Assembly (NCBI GenBank): GCA_963837955.1
Contig: CAWIPH010000002.1
Location: 4,192,001 to 4,256,000, forward strand
Source: an uncultured Verrucomicrobiae bacterium
GTDB lineage: Bacteria > Verrucomicrobiota > Verrucomicrobiia > Chthoniobacterales > JAFAMB01
Direction: 5' to 3'
DNA: 64,000 bases
The position numbers were made by a program, and so were the translations under genes. Every line of letters begins with the position of its first letter. The first letter of the stretch is position 1. The notes beneath the pieces are model-generated. The model saw nothing but the letters and a program-made list of their open reading frames with translations, was not told the DNA's origin and made no database searches. Shown here piece after piece: positions 1 through 9,977 of the stretch.

Positions 1-1020
1 CTCACGTCCGCTCAAGGATGCGAACGAGGCAACGCGCATTAGTGCACCCTCTAACCGGCGAACGTTTGTCCGAACGCGCTGCGCCAGAAACTCAAGGATG
101 TCGGGTGCAAGCTGAACGTGCAACGATTGCGCTTTCTTTCGCAAGATAGCCATCCGGGTTTCGATATCCGGGGGTTGTAGTTCAGCCGTCAAACCCCACT
201 CAAATCGCGAAACCAATCGATGCTCAAGGTTGGAGATCTCACTGGCCGGGCGATCGCTCGACAAAACGATCTGTTTGCGTCCGTCGAATAGCGTATTGAA
301 AGTGTGAAAGAATTCCTCTTGGGAGCGCTCCTTGCCGGCTAAAAAATGGATGTCGTCGATAAGCAAAAGGTCTGCCTGACGGTATCGTTTTCGAAATTTG
401 ACGAGCGTATTGTGCTGAATCGCGTCGATGAACTCGTTCGTAAACCGTTCACTCGAGAGGTACATGACCTTAAAACCCTTCTTCCGGTCCGTCACGTGCT
501 GTCCAATCGCCTGCATCAGGTGCGTCTTGCCCAGTCCCACCCCTCCATAAATGAAAAGAGGATTATACGTCTTCGCCGGCGACTGAGCCACGGCAAGACC
601 AGCGGCGTGGGCAAACTGATTATTTGAGCCGACGACGAAGGTGTCGAAGGTGTTCCGGGGGTTCATCCCGTGGACGGCAGCACCCTCGGCCTCTTTTTCT
701 GAGGTCTTGGCCGGCGGCAGGTCTTCCGCCTTCGGTTCCGGATCGGGAGCGAGGACTTTCGCCTTATCTTGGTCCGCCACCCGAAACTTGATTTCCCGAG
801 GTCCAGCCAGGACCGCTAATGTCGCAGATTGCACCAGGGGCAGATAATTACTTTCAATCCAGAGCTGATGGATCGTGTTTGGTACCTGAAAGGTGAGCAT
901 GCATTCGTCCGTTTGGACCAGCTCGATCTCGGAAAACCAACGATTAAACGCGTCAGTGCTGACGTGAGGCCGGATATTGCCCGCGATCTCTTCCCAAATG
1001 CCCCGGAAGCTTTGTTCCAT
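1..1020 (-). CDS. dnaA: Chromosomal replication initiator DnaA (3' end runs off the window)
   Basis: Translated by hand from ATG at 1020: MEQSFRGIWEEI...NTFDTFVVGSNNQFAHAA...YNPLFIYGGVGLGKTHLMQAIG (Walker A)...LLLIDDIHFL (Walker B)...QEEFFHTFN...RLVSRFEWGL...NVRRLEGAL; open to position 1. Confidence 0.98.
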   Translation of the reverse strand, partial: MEQSFRGIWEEIAGNIRPHVSTDAFNRWFSEIELVQTDECMLTFQVPNTIHQLWIESNYLPLVQSATLAVLAGPREIKFRVADQDKAKVLAPDPEPKAEDLPPAKTSEKEAEGAAVHGMNPRNTFDTFVVGSNNQFAHAAGLAVAQSPAKTYNPLFIYGGVGLGKTHLMQAIGQHVTDRKKGFKVMYLSSERFTNEFIDAIQHNTLVKFRKRYRQADLLLIDDIHFLAGKERSQEEFFHTFNTLFDGRKQIVLSSDRPASEISNLEHRLVSRFEWGLTAELQPPDIETRMAILRKKAQSLHVQLAPDILEFLAQRVRTNVRRLEGALMRVASFASLSGRE

Positions 1021-1413
1021 AGTCACATTATCCACAGTTTGCATGCAGCCAGTGATGTTTTATTCGCAGTGTCGCCCACATCCCCTGTCCCGAAACGGAT
1101 TCGCTTTCCAGGTAGCCACTAGATGAAAAAACAAGAACAGAAAGCGATCGAATTTGCCGCGGGTCAAGGAATTACAATCGTCAAGCAGGCCTACATCTAA
1201 ATCGCACTCGGTTCATCGTGATGAGTTCGTCGCCAATATGCCGCCTGGCATGTCCACGGAACCACAATTTGCCCAACATAATTTGTTCACAAGTTATTCA
1301 CAATGACCCGCCTTTTTCCCGTCGAGCGTCGAGGAGAATAAAGAAGAGTCGGCCTTAGCGGCAAGCAAAAACTGGATTCACCCATTAATAAATTCTGCCG
1401 CCGCCTGAACTCT
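1021..1413. promoter_or_regulatory. DnaA-box region upstream of dnaA; probable (part of) oriC and dnaA autoregulatory region
   Basis: TTATCCACA at 1028-1036, TTATTCACA at 1294-1302, near-matches TTGTTCACA at 1283-1291 and TTATTCGCA at 1060-1068; non-coding gap next to dnaA. Confidence 0.75.
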
Positions 1414-3123
1414 TTACTTGACGGCAGCAGAACTCACATCTTCCCCACCCAAACCTACCTGTTGGACCGCCTGTAAGTGTCTTTCGCTCCGCAACATCTG
1501 TCCGTGCGGAGTCTTAAAGCTTATACTTACAAGAAAGCAGACAACACATCCGATAAACACCCACCAAGGCCAGGCAATGGCAGGCCAACTCGCAGGAAGC
1601 CAGCCACCGAGATTCCAATCGATCCAGCGAATTTGTCTATGAACCAATAAATTAACTATATCCAGGCCTGGTAATTTTACTCTAGCCGCGACTAATACTG
1701 CCAAAATAGCTAATAACATTGCGACAATGTTAGTTCGATCGCTTCCCCGACCTTTGGTTAACATCCCGACCAGGAACACGCCGAGTAACGCTCCGTAGGT
1801 ATAGCCAACAATTTGAAAAACGATCGCAATGATGGTGAGCTTGGGATCGATCATCACCGCAGCGGCTGTCGCCATCGCCACCACAATGATCAATCCGGCG
1901 AACATCACGGTAGAGATCCGCGCGGCCCAGATGGCCGTTCTTTGCGAATCGCGATGCGGGAAATACGGGAGGAAGAAATCTTTCGTAAAGCTCGTCGCCA
2001 GAGCATTTAACGCCGCGGACGTCGATCCCATCATCGTAGCAAAAACCCCAGCCACGATGAGTCCACGCAGGCCCACCGGCATTTGCGTAATGATGTAGTA
2101 TGCGAAGACCTCATTATCAGCGACCGGCAAATTGGGATCGGGACGGACTTTATAAAAGACCGACAAAAGGATGCCCACTAACAGGAAGCTGGTCGCAATC
2201 GGCAAATCGGCAAGCCCGCTCATGATGAGAGACAGCCGCGACTTCCTGAAATTAGTGGCAGTTAACATCCTCTGGACCATGTCTTGATCGGTTCCATGAG
2301 TGGACATGGTAAGAAAGGTGGAAGCAATTAGGGCAGAAGCGATAGTATAAGGTTCTTCTAACAAATGTTTGATAGCCTTCCAAAAACCGCTTCCAGGATC
2401 GAAACCAATTTGGAAGAAAGGGGGGATACCACCCAGCTCCCGGCTAACGGTCGCGGCTCCTCCCGGGATATGGCTAACAATTAGCCATATGGCGATTAAA
2501 ACAGAACTAACCATGAGACAGGCTTGGATCATGTCAGTCCAAACGACCGCCTTAATGCCGCCCACCGTAGTGTAGACAGTGGTTAGTACAGTAACAAACA
2601 GAATCCCCCAGAAGTAGATCCAGAGATCGATCGGCGCATTGGGAAACAGATATTCCCAGAGGACCTTGATAATTACCCCCCCAAGATAGATGCGCGCGCC
2701 GATACTCAGCACTCGCGTAAAAAGAAACAATCCACTAGCGAGGTTTTTGGTAAGCGGACCGAATCGGATGTCTAAGAACTCGTAAATGCTTTGAACTCCA
2801 TAACGGTAGTAGGGACGGATAAATGTAAATGCGATGATAACCCGAGCCAGAACTGTCCCGATCGCTAACTGACCGTAAATGAAGCTGCGCGTTTTAAAGC
2901 CTTCCGTCGGCGCTCCCAAAAAGGTCGCAGCGCTGGTTTCGGCCGCGATGATTGAGGCGAGCACCGCCCACCAGGGGATCGAGCGGCCGCCGAGAGCAAA
3001 TTCGCTAAGGGTTCGGTTGCGCCGACCTGCCCATAGACCAATCCCGACGATACCAAAAAAATAGACGCACAGGACCATGAGATCGATCGCCGCCGCGCCA
3101 AGATCGTGAGGAGAGTTTGGCAT
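1414..3123 (-). CDS. Sodium:solute symporter (SSS family)
   Basis: Multiple TM helices; motifs FALGGRSIPWW, SIIAAETSAATFLG, GGIKAVVWTD, GTDQDMVQR. Confidence 0.93.
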   Translation of the reverse strand: MPNSPHDLGAAAIDLMVLCVYFFGIVGIGLWAGRRNRTLSEFALGGRSIPWWAVLASIIAAETSAATFLGAPTEGFKTRSFIYGQLAIGTVLARVIIAFTFIRPYYRYGVQSIYEFLDIRFGPLTKNLASGLFLFTRVLSIGARIYLGGVIIKVLWEYLFPNAPIDLWIYFWGILFVTVLTTVYTTVGGIKAVVWTDMIQACLMVSSVLIAIWLIVSHIPGGAATVSRELGGIPPFFQIGFDPGSGFWKAIKHLLEEPYTIASALIASTFLTMSTHGTDQDMVQRMLTATNFRKSRLSLIMSGLADLPIATSFLLVGILLSVFYKVRPDPNLPVADNEVFAYYIITQMPVGLRGLIVAGVFATMMGSTSAALNALATSFTKDFFLPYFPHRDSQRTAIWAARISTVMFAGLIIVVAMATAAAVMIDPKLTIIAIVFQIVGYTYGALLGVFLVGMLTKGRGSDRTNIVAMLLAILAVLVAARVKLPGLDIVNLLVHRQIRWIDWNLGGWLPASWPAIAWPWWVFIGCVVCFLVSISFKTPHGQMLRSERHLQAVQQVGLGGEDVSSAAVK

Positions 3124-3132
3124 GCCAGACCG

Positions 3133-4455
3133 TCAAGCAGAGCGGAATGAAGTCACAATCCCTTTGGAGGGTTCTGGAGACAGGTTTTTGACCAGAATCC
3201 TGGAGTTTCGTCCACTTGCTTCGTACTTAGCCCGCCGCTCAGGCGGAAGAATTTCGGCATCTGCTTCCACGAATCCGCCCTTCTGCTGCAAATAAACAAA
3301 AGCCTGCGTAGACAACGCGAATATGCGATCAAAACCGCGTTGCCGAGCGAGACTCTCAACGAACGACATGAGTTTTCTACCCAGACCCTGGTTTTCGCTT
3401 GAACGGCTAACGTAAAGACATGCTAGCTCCGCTATCTTTTGTTCCGGATACGCGTACATGGCGACGCAGCCCACAATATGCCGGTCGATCTCCAGGACCC
3501 AGTAATCATCGATGTCAGCCAAGATCTCTGCCCGGGTCCGACGGATCAATTCTTCGTTTCGAACCGATTGTTGGATCAGGGAGATCACTTCCCGAATATC
3601 TTTTTTATACACTCGGCGAATTTGCTCGTACTCGTTCGAGTAGATCATCGTTCCAATGCCGCCGTTGCTGAAAATTTCCGCCAGCAGTGCTTCGTTTATC
3701 GTGCCGTTCAGTAGATGGACCCTCGGTATCCCGTACTGGCAGGCCTCCGCCGCGTGCTCAAGTTTGGACGCGAGGTTCGGCGGTAGTTGGCTCCGATTCT
3801 TTCTTAATACTTCTTCGACCTCAGCACCGACAACGTGACCGATCCGCTGCCCGTTGAGAACGAGCCCATCATGGGTCGAAAGAAAGATTAATTTGGCAGC
3901 GTGAAGAGCCGAAGCCACTTCCAGCGCAACTAAATCGGAATTGACGCGAAACGTGCGACCTTCACCGTCGAATCCGAGAGGAGGTATAACTGGGACAATC
4001 TGCTCTTTGAGAAAGAGCTCAAGACATCGGGTATCGACCTTCTCAACTTTTCCGGAAAACTGGTAATCAACCCCTCCAATGATGCCGGCTGGATGCGCGA
4101 TAATGCAGTTGGCGTAGGCTGCTCGAAGGTCAACCTGGGTGAGACCCTCCATCACTTCGTTGGTCAGGCGAATCGCCACATTTATCGAGAGTTGCAGCGT
4201 TTGGGCATCAACCACACCGCTTCCATCGGAGTTGGAGACCGGGATATCCTGTTCGGCAGCGGCCCGCTCGATTTGCGAGCCTGCCCCGTGCACAAGTACC
4301 ACCTTAATGTTCAGCGACCGGAGAACCGCTATATCTAGAAGGATGTTCGGGAAATTGTCTGAAGCCAGGATTTCACCGTCGATAGCAATGACGAAGATCT
4401 TATCTCGGAACCGCGTGACATACTGCAGGATACCCCGAAGTTCAGGTAATTTCAT
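3133..4455 (-). CDS. argA: Amino-acid N-acetyltransferase (N-acetylglutamate synthase, AAK + GNAT domains)
   Basis: N-terminal kinase-like domain (LVHGAG, LLAEIFSNGGIGTMI) plus C-terminal GNAT (AELACLYV, NQGLGRKL, GRNSRIL). Confidence 0.92.
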   Translation of the reverse strand: MKLPELRGILQYVTRFRDKIFVIAIDGEILASDNFPNILLDIAVLRSLNIKVVLVHGAGSQIERAAAEQDIPVSNSDGSGVVDAQTLQLSINVAIRLTNEVMEGLTQVDLRAAYANCIIAHPAGIIGGVDYQFSGKVEKVDTRCLELFLKEQIVPVIPPLGFDGEGRTFRVNSDLVALEVASALHAAKLIFLSTHDGLVLNGQRIGHVVGAEVEEVLRKNRSQLPPNLASKLEHAAEACQYGIPRVHLLNGTINEALLAEIFSNGGIGTMIYSNEYEQIRRVYKKDIREVISLIQQSVRNEELIRRTRAEILADIDDYWVLEIDRHIVGCVAMYAYPEQKIAELACLYVSRSSENQGLGRKLMSFVESLARQRGFDRIFALSTQAFVYLQQKGGFVEADAEILPPERRAKYEASGRNSRILVKNLSPEPSKGIVTSFRSA

Positions 4456-4549
4456 TGGTTAGCCACAAACAACTGCGAGCTTAAATACTCGTAGAACACG
4501 TGGCAAGTTAACCGGTTTTTTCTCCTGATGCACGGTGTCGCCAGCTTTC

Positions 4550-5230
4550 CTAAGCGCTCCGTCTCACTGGCCGATTCACTACCAGCTCGACTAATCGTTC
4601 AATCGATAAATCTTTTGCGCTACGTACGATCAGATCGGCCATCGAGAGATCTTGCCGCTCACTAAATTCATTGGGAATCGCCACAACCTGAAGGCCCGCC
4701 GCTTTGGCCGCCCGAGACCCAGGCTCAGAGTCTTCCAGAGCGACGCTACAATGCGGATCAGCTCCGAGCGTTTGTACCGCTTTCAGATAAACATCAGGCG
4801 CGGGCTTGGGGTTCAAAACCATATCCCGGGTGATAATCGTCCCAACATAATGTCGAAGACCGAGCCGTTCCAACCCTTGCTCGACCCAGCCGTGCCCAGA
4901 ATTGCTGGCGACGCCGATTCGAATCGATTGGCGGCTTGCTTCAGCCATCAACATCTCAATCCCAGGAAGTGTGGACTGCTGCAGCGTCAATTCCCAATTT
5001 CGACTTTCCCGGCCTGGCGCAAGAAGATTCCAATCAAGCTTCTGGCCAAGAAGCTTCTCCAAGTGTAGACCGGGATCAAAACCTCCGACGTAACCGGTCG
5101 CGTGCCTCCAATCGTCTAACGTAAGTTTCTGCCCAAACCTCTCGTACAGTTCAGACCAGCTCACAAAGCCCGGTCGTTCGGTGTCGACTATGAGTCCATC
5201 AAAATCGAAAACGAGCGCTTGGAGAGTCAT
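4550..5230 (-). CDS. HAD-superfamily phosphatase (beta-PGM/CbbY-like)
   Basis: FDFDGLIVDTE motif I, KPAPDVY, EDSEPG; ATG at 5230. Confidence 0.92.
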   Translation of the reverse strand: MTLQALVFDFDGLIVDTERPGFVSWSELYERFGQKLTLDDWRHATGYVGGFDPGLHLEKLLGQKLDWNLLAPGRESRNWELTLQQSTLPGIEMLMAEASRQSIRIGVASNSGHGWVEQGLERLGLRHYVGTIITRDMVLNPKPAPDVYLKAVQTLGADPHCSVALEDSEPGSRAAKAAGLQVVAIPNEFSERQDLSMADLIVRSAKDLSIERLVELVVNRPVRRSA

Positions 5231-5355
5231 CAAGTCAGTGAAAGTTCGATTGATCCTCTGGCTCCGAAATCAGTGTCCTGTCCGCGAAATAGCACTACCC
5301 AGGTAAATTGCGCGGAAGAAAAATAGCCGGAAGTATCTGGCCGACGCCTCAAATG

Positions 5356-5790
5356 TTATCGCTTCAGCGCCGGCTCAAAAAGCTCCAGGTCCGTGAAAAA
5401 TCGCTTTAATTCGGCCGCCGCATTCTCCGGACTGTCGGAACCATGAACTACGTTGAACATCGAATCCTTGCCAAAATCGCCACGAATCGTCCCTTTAGCC
5501 GCCTTACGGGAATCCGTGGGTCCCATCAACTCGCGCACCCGCAAGACTGCTCCCTCACCGCTCAGAGCAAGAACAATGACCGGCGCCGATTGCATGAACT
5601 CTCGAAGCTTCGGATAAAATGGCCTGTCAGCAACATGGGAGTAATGATCGGCCAAAAGAGCATCGTTCAAAAGCATCATCTTACATCCGACGATCTCCAA
5701 TCCGGCCTGCTCGAACCGTTTCACGACGTCGCCGCAATGTTTGGCGGCGAGGCAATCGGGTTTTAGCAGTACAAGGGTAGTCTCAACCAT
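5356..5790 (-). CDS. ndk: Nucleoside-diphosphate kinase
   Basis: ETTLVLLKPD, GTIRGDFG, NVVHGSDS catalytic His; start reassigned to ATG at 5790. Confidence 0.97.
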   Translation of the reverse strand: MVETTLVLLKPDCLAAKHCGDVVKRFEQAGLEIVGCKMMLLNDALLADHYSHVADRPFYPKLREFMQSAPVIVLALSGEGAVLRVRELMGPTDSRKAAKGTIRGDFGKDSMFNVVHGSDSPENAAAELKRFFTDLELFEPALKR

Positions 5791-5943
5791 AATTGAATCC
5801 GGTATCCAGTACCGTGAATCCTGGGATCCGCAACTAAGAAAGCCGGGAAGGGCGCTTAGGTAGCCTGATGCCTCCTCCTTCGTTCCGCCCCAAACCCGCA
5901 ATCTACGGCGGACAAGCCAGCCTCAGGGAGCATGTCAGAGTCG

Positions 5944-6034
5944 GTGATCAGTGATCAGTGAGAGGGCGATGGGAGACTTCTCCGAGGGTTTATCGATACG
6001 CAGCACCATTCACCAATCACGTCTCACCTCTCAC
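5944..6034. repeat. Paired inverted heptamer tandem arrays (GTGATCA-like / ...TCAC-like)
   Basis: GTG at 5944, 5951, 5958; CAC at 6004, 6011, 6018, 6025, 6032 (7-bp period), arms in inverted orientation. Confidence 0.65.
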
Positions 6035-6048
6035 AATCGCTGCAGCCG

Positions 6049-7821
6049 CTACAACCTGGATATAAGCAGTTCCCTCTGATAATGCAGCTCCGAAGGAAGA
6101 TCGCTATGCAGACGGACAAACAGCTCGTCCTGGGCCAACACCTCTCTCTTCCATTCTTCAACGTCGATACTGAGCGCTTCATCTAGTCTCGCCCGATCGT
6201 AGTCCATATCTTCTAAGTCGATGTCGCTCGCCGCCGGCATCCACCCAAGCGGAGTCTCGTCCGCTCCTAATCGTCCCCGACAACGGTCGACAATCCACTT
6301 CAGGACGCGCATGTTATCCCCGAACCCAGGCCACAAGAATTGGCCATCCGGATCTTTCCGAAACCAATTTACATGAAAGATTTTTGGCGGGCGTTTAATG
6401 ATTTTCCGCATTTTCAGCCAATGGCCGAAATAAGCGCCCATGTTGTAACCGCAGAAGGGAAGCATGGCCATTGGATCTCGGCGCACATGACCTACCGCTC
6501 CGGCGGCCGCCGCAGTGGTTTCAGATCCCATAGTGGCGCCAACGTACACACCGTGAATCCAGTTAAACGCTTGGAATACCAGTGGGAAAACCGTTGCTCG
6601 CCGGCCGCCGAAAATAATCCCACTGATGGGCACTCCTTGGGGATCGTTAACCATTGCATCCAAGGCAGGGTTATTGGTCATCGGCGAACAAAACCGGCTG
6701 TTAGGATGAGCTGCCTTCTCCCCAGAGGAACTGCGCCAGGGTCGTCCCTGCCAATCGAAAAGATTTTCTGGAGGAGGATTATCCTTCCCCTCCCACCATA
6801 CGTCGCCGTCGGCCGATAACGCGACGTTGGTGAAGATCGTGTCCCGCTTCATCGATTCCATCGCGTTCCGGTTAGATCGATAGTTTGTCCCCGGAACAAC
6901 TCCGAAATACCCGTTCTCAGGGTTGATTGCATAAAGACGGCCATCCGCTCCTGGCCGCATCCAGGCTATATCATCACCGACGGTCCAAACCTTCCACCCC
7001 GCGAATCGTTTTGGCGGGATCAACATCGCGAAGTTGGTCTTTCCACACGCACTTGGAAAGGCCGCTGCCACGTAGGTCTTCTCGCCCCGGGGGTCCTCGA
7101 CACCCAAGATGAGCATATGTTCTGCCATCCACCCTTCTTGCCGGCCTAGGTATGAACCAATTCGTAGACTAAGACATTTTTTCCCGAGAAGGACGTTGCC
7201 GCCGTAATCCGACCCAACCGAGATGATCGCGTTATCGTGTGGGAAATGAGCGATGTATCTTCGCTCCGGATTAATATCGAGCATGCAATGCAGACCGCGG
7301 TTGAAATCTTCGCTAGCTCCGAGTTGACGGTAAGCGATCTCTCCCATGCGCGTCATGATGCGCATGCTCAGAACAACATAGATCGAATCAGTAAGCTCGA
7401 CGCCGATTTTGCTAAGGCCCGAACCCGGAGGCCCCATCAAATATGGAACCACGTACATTCTTCGACCCCGCATCGCTCCTTGGGCCAGACCGTAAAGCTT
7501 GCCGTACATGTCCCCTGGAGCAGCCCAATTGTTGGTGGGCCCGGCCTCGTCCGCGCTAGGCGTGCAAATGTAAGTGCATTGTTCGACGCGCGCGACATCG
7601 TTAGGTTCCGACCGATGATAGTAACACCCGGGCCACTTCTCTTGGTCCAACGGAATCAAGACCCCTGTATCAACCGCCAAGCTGGTAAGAAACTCTTTTT
7701 CCTCCAGGGATCCATCGCACCAAAAAACCTGCTCCGGCTGGCAGATCTTGGCCATCCTCTCGACCCAGGAGATAATGCCTTGGTTTTGCGTATTCCTGGT
7801 TCCAAGGGTGCTATCGCTCAT
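6049..7821 (-). CDS. pckG: Phosphoenolpyruvate carboxykinase (GTP)
   Basis: DVARVE, YGGNVLLGKKC, AFPSACGKTN, VGDDIAW, AHPNSRF, RDPMAMLPFCGYN. Confidence 0.97.
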   Translation of the reverse strand: MSDSTLGTRNTQNQGIISWVERMAKICQPEQVFWCDGSLEEKEFLTSLAVDTGVLIPLDQEKWPGCYYHRSEPNDVARVEQCTYICTPSADEAGPTNNWAAPGDMYGKLYGLAQGAMRGRRMYVVPYLMGPPGSGLSKIGVELTDSIYVVLSMRIMTRMGEIAYRQLGASEDFNRGLHCMLDINPERRYIAHFPHDNAIISVGSDYGGNVLLGKKCLSLRIGSYLGRQEGWMAEHMLILGVEDPRGEKTYVAAAFPSACGKTNFAMLIPPKRFAGWKVWTVGDDIAWMRPGADGRLYAINPENGYFGVVPGTNYRSNRNAMESMKRDTIFTNVALSADGDVWWEGKDNPPPENLFDWQGRPWRSSSGEKAAHPNSRFCSPMTNNPALDAMVNDPQGVPISGIIFGGRRATVFPLVFQAFNWIHGVYVGATMGSETTAAAAGAVGHVRRDPMAMLPFCGYNMGAYFGHWLKMRKIIKRPPKIFHVNWFRKDPDGQFLWPGFGDNMRVLKWIVDRCRGRLGADETPLGWMPAASDIDLEDMDYDRARLDEALSIDVEEWKREVLAQDELFVRLHSDLPSELHYQRELLISRL

Positions 7822-7940
7822 TCTTTCTCTCGTCCTTCGGTCTGGGAGGGTACTATTTTGGAAAAATGCGATCCAAGACCAATTCGGAATAGTTCATTCC
7901 CCCTCTGCATCCCCTTTAACGTCAAATCCGCTCGGCCGAA

Positions 7941-8990
7941 ATGGAACTAACGCTGCGAATCAACGAGATTGCGTTCGGCGGCAGTGGCGTCGGGAAAGCC
8001 GATGGCAAAGTAGTATTTGTACCCTTCACCATCGATGAAGAGTTGGTCCAGGTCCAGATCGTTGAAGCCCACAAAAGCTATAATCAAGCCTTGCTCCAAA
8101 CGATTCTTGAGCCCTCTCGCCACCGGCAGTTGCCGCCCTGCCCCTACTATCAAGTTTGCGGAGGTTGCGACTACCAGCACATTCAGTACTCGCACCAGCT
8201 AGAATTAAAGCGGTGCCAGGTTGAGCAGGCGCTCCGCCGGATTGCCAAACTTACAAAAGTGGTTGTACCGCCCGTCATCCCCAGCCCTAAAATTTACGGA
8301 TTTCGCAACCGCATTACCGTTCACTCTGATGGGCAGGCGATCGGTTTTTTTCGGAAAAGAAGCCGGCAGATCGTCGATGTCACCCGCTGTGCCCTTGCCT
8401 CCGAAGGAGTAAACGCCCGACTCACCGAAGTTCGCAACAAGGGCATGGCGGCTGATCGTCATGCTACGATACGAGAGAACGACGCTATCACGACGTTCAC
8501 GCAGACCAATGATGAGGTTGCCCAAAAAATAGCGGACTATGTCCGCAGGCGCGTGAAGGGCCCGATGATCGTCGACGCTTATTGTGGTTCAGGTTTTTTC
8601 GCCCACCAGCTTGCCCCTGAGATCGAAACGGTCATCGGTATCGAACGGAATCGAGCAGCTTACAACCTGGCTGTACGATCGGCTTTCGCGAACGAAAAGT
8701 ATCTTTGCGCCGACGTCGCGGAGATTTTGCCCCAGGTTTTGAAGGAATATCGCGTCTCGACTCTCCTTCTGGATCCGCCAACGGAGGGATTAGCCAAAGA
8801 GACCTGCGCAACGATTGACGAGCAGCCCCCTGGCAGGGTGATATACGTATCTTGTAATCCAGCAACGTTTGCGCGGGACATCGGCCGGTTGCAGCCAAGC
8901 TTCAACCTCGTCGATATACAGCCATTCGATATGTTTCCACAGACAGCGGAAATTGAGCTGGCTGCGCTGCTCGAACCGGCTGCGCGATAA
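7941..8990 (+). CDS. TRAM-domain RNA m5U methyltransferase (RlmD/TrmA family)
   Basis: TRAM N-terminus, CPYYQVCGGC Fe-S motif, DAYCGSG, LDPP, YVSCN, DMFPQTAEIE. Confidence 0.9.
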   Translation: MELTLRINEIAFGGSGVGKADGKVVFVPFTIDEELVQVQIVEAHKSYNQALLQTILEPSRHRQLPPCPYYQVCGGCDYQHIQYSHQLELKRCQVEQALRRIAKLTKVVVPPVIPSPKIYGFRNRITVHSDGQAIGFFRKRSRQIVDVTRCALASEGVNARLTEVRNKGMAADRHATIRENDAITTFTQTNDEVAQKIADYVRRRVKGPMIVDAYCGSGFFAHQLAPEIETVIGIERNRAAYNLAVRSAFANEKYLCADVAEILPQVLKEYRVSTLLLDPPTEGLAKETCATIDEQPPGRVIYVSCNPATFARDIGRLQPSFNLVDIQPFDMFPQTAEIELAALLEPAAR

Positions 8991-9014
8991 CCCAGGGAAG
9001 TCGCACCCTCCTTC

Positions 9015-9932
9015 TTAGGCGATGCTTTCCAAAGAAGGGTTAGCTGTAAGAAAATTCCAAAACCGCTCGGCCAGAGGGCGGGTTCGTTCGAGTGATCGGT
9101 AGATGCGCACTTCCATGCCACCAGCTTCAGGGATATCCATGACTTGGACCGTGCATCGGCTTAGTTCGTTGCGCACCGAGCTTTCCGGTAACCAAGCGAT
9201 CCCGTGTCCCGCTAAAACCATCGCCTTCACTGCCTCCGCCATCCCGTTCTCGTAGACTTTTCTTAACTGGAGCCGATGGCCGGAATCAGAGAGAACCACG
9301 CGACACAATCTTCCTAAAAACGATTCGGAGGTATACCCAAGGAAAGGGACGGCGGTACCGACGAAATGGGAAAGAGGGAAATAAGGATGACCATCAACAT
9401 CGACGCCGGTGACGAGAACGAGCCGATCCGAGCCGAGCGCAACGTGGGGAAACTTTGCTGGATCCAGGAATACCGGCACCATAGGGTGATAATAGGTAAA
9501 CAGGAAATCGCACTCTCCTTCGACCAACCGCTGAATCGAAACTTGAAAATCGTCGGCAAATAGGCTGATGCCGATCGTACCAAAAGACCGCTCAACTTTT
9601 TTTAACCACTCGGGCAAGAATTGGAGTGAGAGCGCATGCAACGCCGCGATCTTCACCGTCGAGCCTGTTAGCCTGTCTTGGCTTTGTAAGCGACCGCGCT
9701 CCTCTTGCAGCATTCTTACAACCTCCTCTGCGACCGCCCGAAACTGGCGTCCGGCAGGCGTGAGTGATGTGGGATAGGTACTTCGATCCACTAGAGCGGT
9801 CCCGATCCACATCTCCAGTGCCTGAATCCGCCGGCTGAAAGCCGATTGAGTGACGTGCCGTTGGGCGGCCGATTTCGAGAAGCTGTGCGTGCTTGCTAGA
9901 CTTAGAAAATCCTCCAGCCAGATCAGGTCCAC
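9015..9932 (-). CDS. LysR-family transcriptional regulator (HypT/QseD-like)
   Basis: HTH: (V)DLIWLEDFLSLASTHSFSKSAAQRHVTQSAFSRRIQALE; GTG at 9932 gives 305 aa, a typical LTTR length; the frame stays open upstream to 10304. Confidence 0.93.
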   Translation of the reverse strand: MDLIWLEDFLSLASTHSFSKSAAQRHVTQSAFSRRIQALEMWIGTALVDRSTYPTSLTPAGRQFRAVAEEVVRMLQEERGRLQSQDRLTGSTVKIAALHALSLQFLPEWLKKVERSFGTIGISLFADDFQVSIQRLVEGECDFLFTYYHPMVPVFLDPAKFPHVALGSDRLVLVTGVDVDGHPYFPLSHFVGTAVPFLGYTSESFLGRLCRVVLSDSGHRLQLRKVYENGMAEAVKAMVLAGHGIAWLPESSVRNELSRCTVQVMDIPEAGGMEVRIYRSLERTRPLAERFWNFLTANPSLESIA

Positions 9933-9977
9933 GGCACCAGAGTTTAATCCAGGTTCAGGAGCGATGCCACGGGGAAT

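Noticed and set aside
346..1122. Three + strand ORFs in the track
   Set aside because: Antisense shadows of dnaA, which the track missed because it is truncated by the window edge
5791..5901. N-terminal extensions of ndk (and similarly moaC, ftsZ, ftsA, murD, GT9, TetR) in the ORF track
   Set aside because: Longest-ORF artefacts; family homology starts at internal start codons
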